Shown: positions 63,166 to 64,000 of the stretch, one piece after another
How the letters are laid out: every line of letters starts with the position of its first letter
Position numbering within the stretch: the stretch's first letter is position 1
Origin: Phoronis australis
Lineage: Eukaryota > Animalia > Phoronida
Length of the DNA: 64,000 bases
Assembly (NCBI GenBank): GCA_002633005.1
Contig: NMRA01000189.1
Coordinates: 162,264 to 226,263 of the forward strand
Direction of reading: 5' to 3'
Position numbers and translations under genes: made by a program
The notes under the pieces: generated by a model
What the model was told of the DNA's origin: nothing
Seen by the model: only the letters and a program-made list of their open reading frames with translations
The model's database searches: none

Positions 63166-63652
63166 CAGGCCTTTATGCAGCGTATGTCCTGGGCGTCTAA
63201 ATGGACGCCCTAGTACTAATATGGACGCCCTGGCAAGGATGCCCAATGTATCATTTGGATGCCCACTATCAATAGGAACCTTTCAAGTTTGGACACATAC
63301 AATTGTAATGATTACTCAGGAAGCCTATGAAGACTCACAGTGGTGGCTCTTTTTTCAAAGAAGAAATATACAATGTATATACAAAGTATATACAATGATG
63401 CTATGCTCACACTAGGTTCATAGCATGGTAAAAGTCTTGGTCTACACATTTTTTTAGTAAAAATGCTCACTACAGAAGGCTGTTTTGTAAACGTAGATGT
63501 AAAAATCTTGGTCTATGCGTTCTTTGTAAAAAAATCTGTGTGTTTGGGGGGGATTGCTGGGGGTGGGGGTTACGCGTCGGAATCATGGATGCCCTGGAAT
63601 ATTGGGAACGCATTTTGGACACCCTATTTTCGAAATCCTGGATAAAGGCCTG
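63166..63652. mobile_element. Putative hAT-like MITE (487 bp)
   Basis: 15-bp TIRs CAGGCCTTTATGCAG / CTGGATAAAGGCCTG (1 mismatch) and subterminal ggacgccc/ggatgccc repeats at both ends. No intact 8-bp TSD. Confidence 0.65.
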
Positions 63653-64000
63653 CATTTACGGCCGTATCTATTTTTACTTATGAACTGCCTGCATGTCTAG
63701 TTTTAAATGTAGTGTCCACCGGATATTTGAGAAATATAACAAATACCAAAATCAGCCGTGTCTCAATCTTCAGAATCAAGAAAATTCAATTTTGGCGTTA
63801 AATTCTGTGTCCCAAGTTTTAGAAGCTGTCCCAAATTGAAGAATTTTTACCGTAATACCATTTGGTAGCTTGGGAAATACTGTTGCAAGTCATGTGGCAC
63901 TTTGAAACTCAGGATATGACGTTGAACTTGATTTCGTTCCACTTGTGAGTTTTTTGTACGCCATAAGGGTCGAGTAAATTTGAAACAATTAAAAGTGGTG

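Overview
AT-rich eukaryotic (animal) genomic DNA that is mostly intron. Its style suggests a heterozygous marine invertebrate draft assembly, with single-N joins and one 112-N gap; that is an inference. The + strand carries four spliced exons of a synapsin gene (48166-48228, 49879-50021, 57570-57747, 58334-58446). They join in frame through GT-AG introns and encode the C-terminal half of the ATP-grasp C domain. On the - strand, inside the very large synapsin intron before the 63-nt exon, lies the first coding exon of a TIMP gene (35063-34931: signal peptide + CNC..H.Q..FC..D). This matches the conserved nested antisense Synapsin-TIMP arrangement. I could not identify the upstream synapsin exons, the synapsin 3' exons or the remaining TIMP exons by eye. 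The rest is non-autonomous DNA transposons (Tc2-like and Harbinger-like MITEs, Helentron/DINE-like elements), dispersed repeats, minisatellites and an A-Y-B/N/A-X-B duplication that is probably two co-assembled haplotypes. Nearly all ORFs in the supplied track are spurious. No prokaryotic genes, CRISPR arrays or rRNA/tRNA genes are supported.
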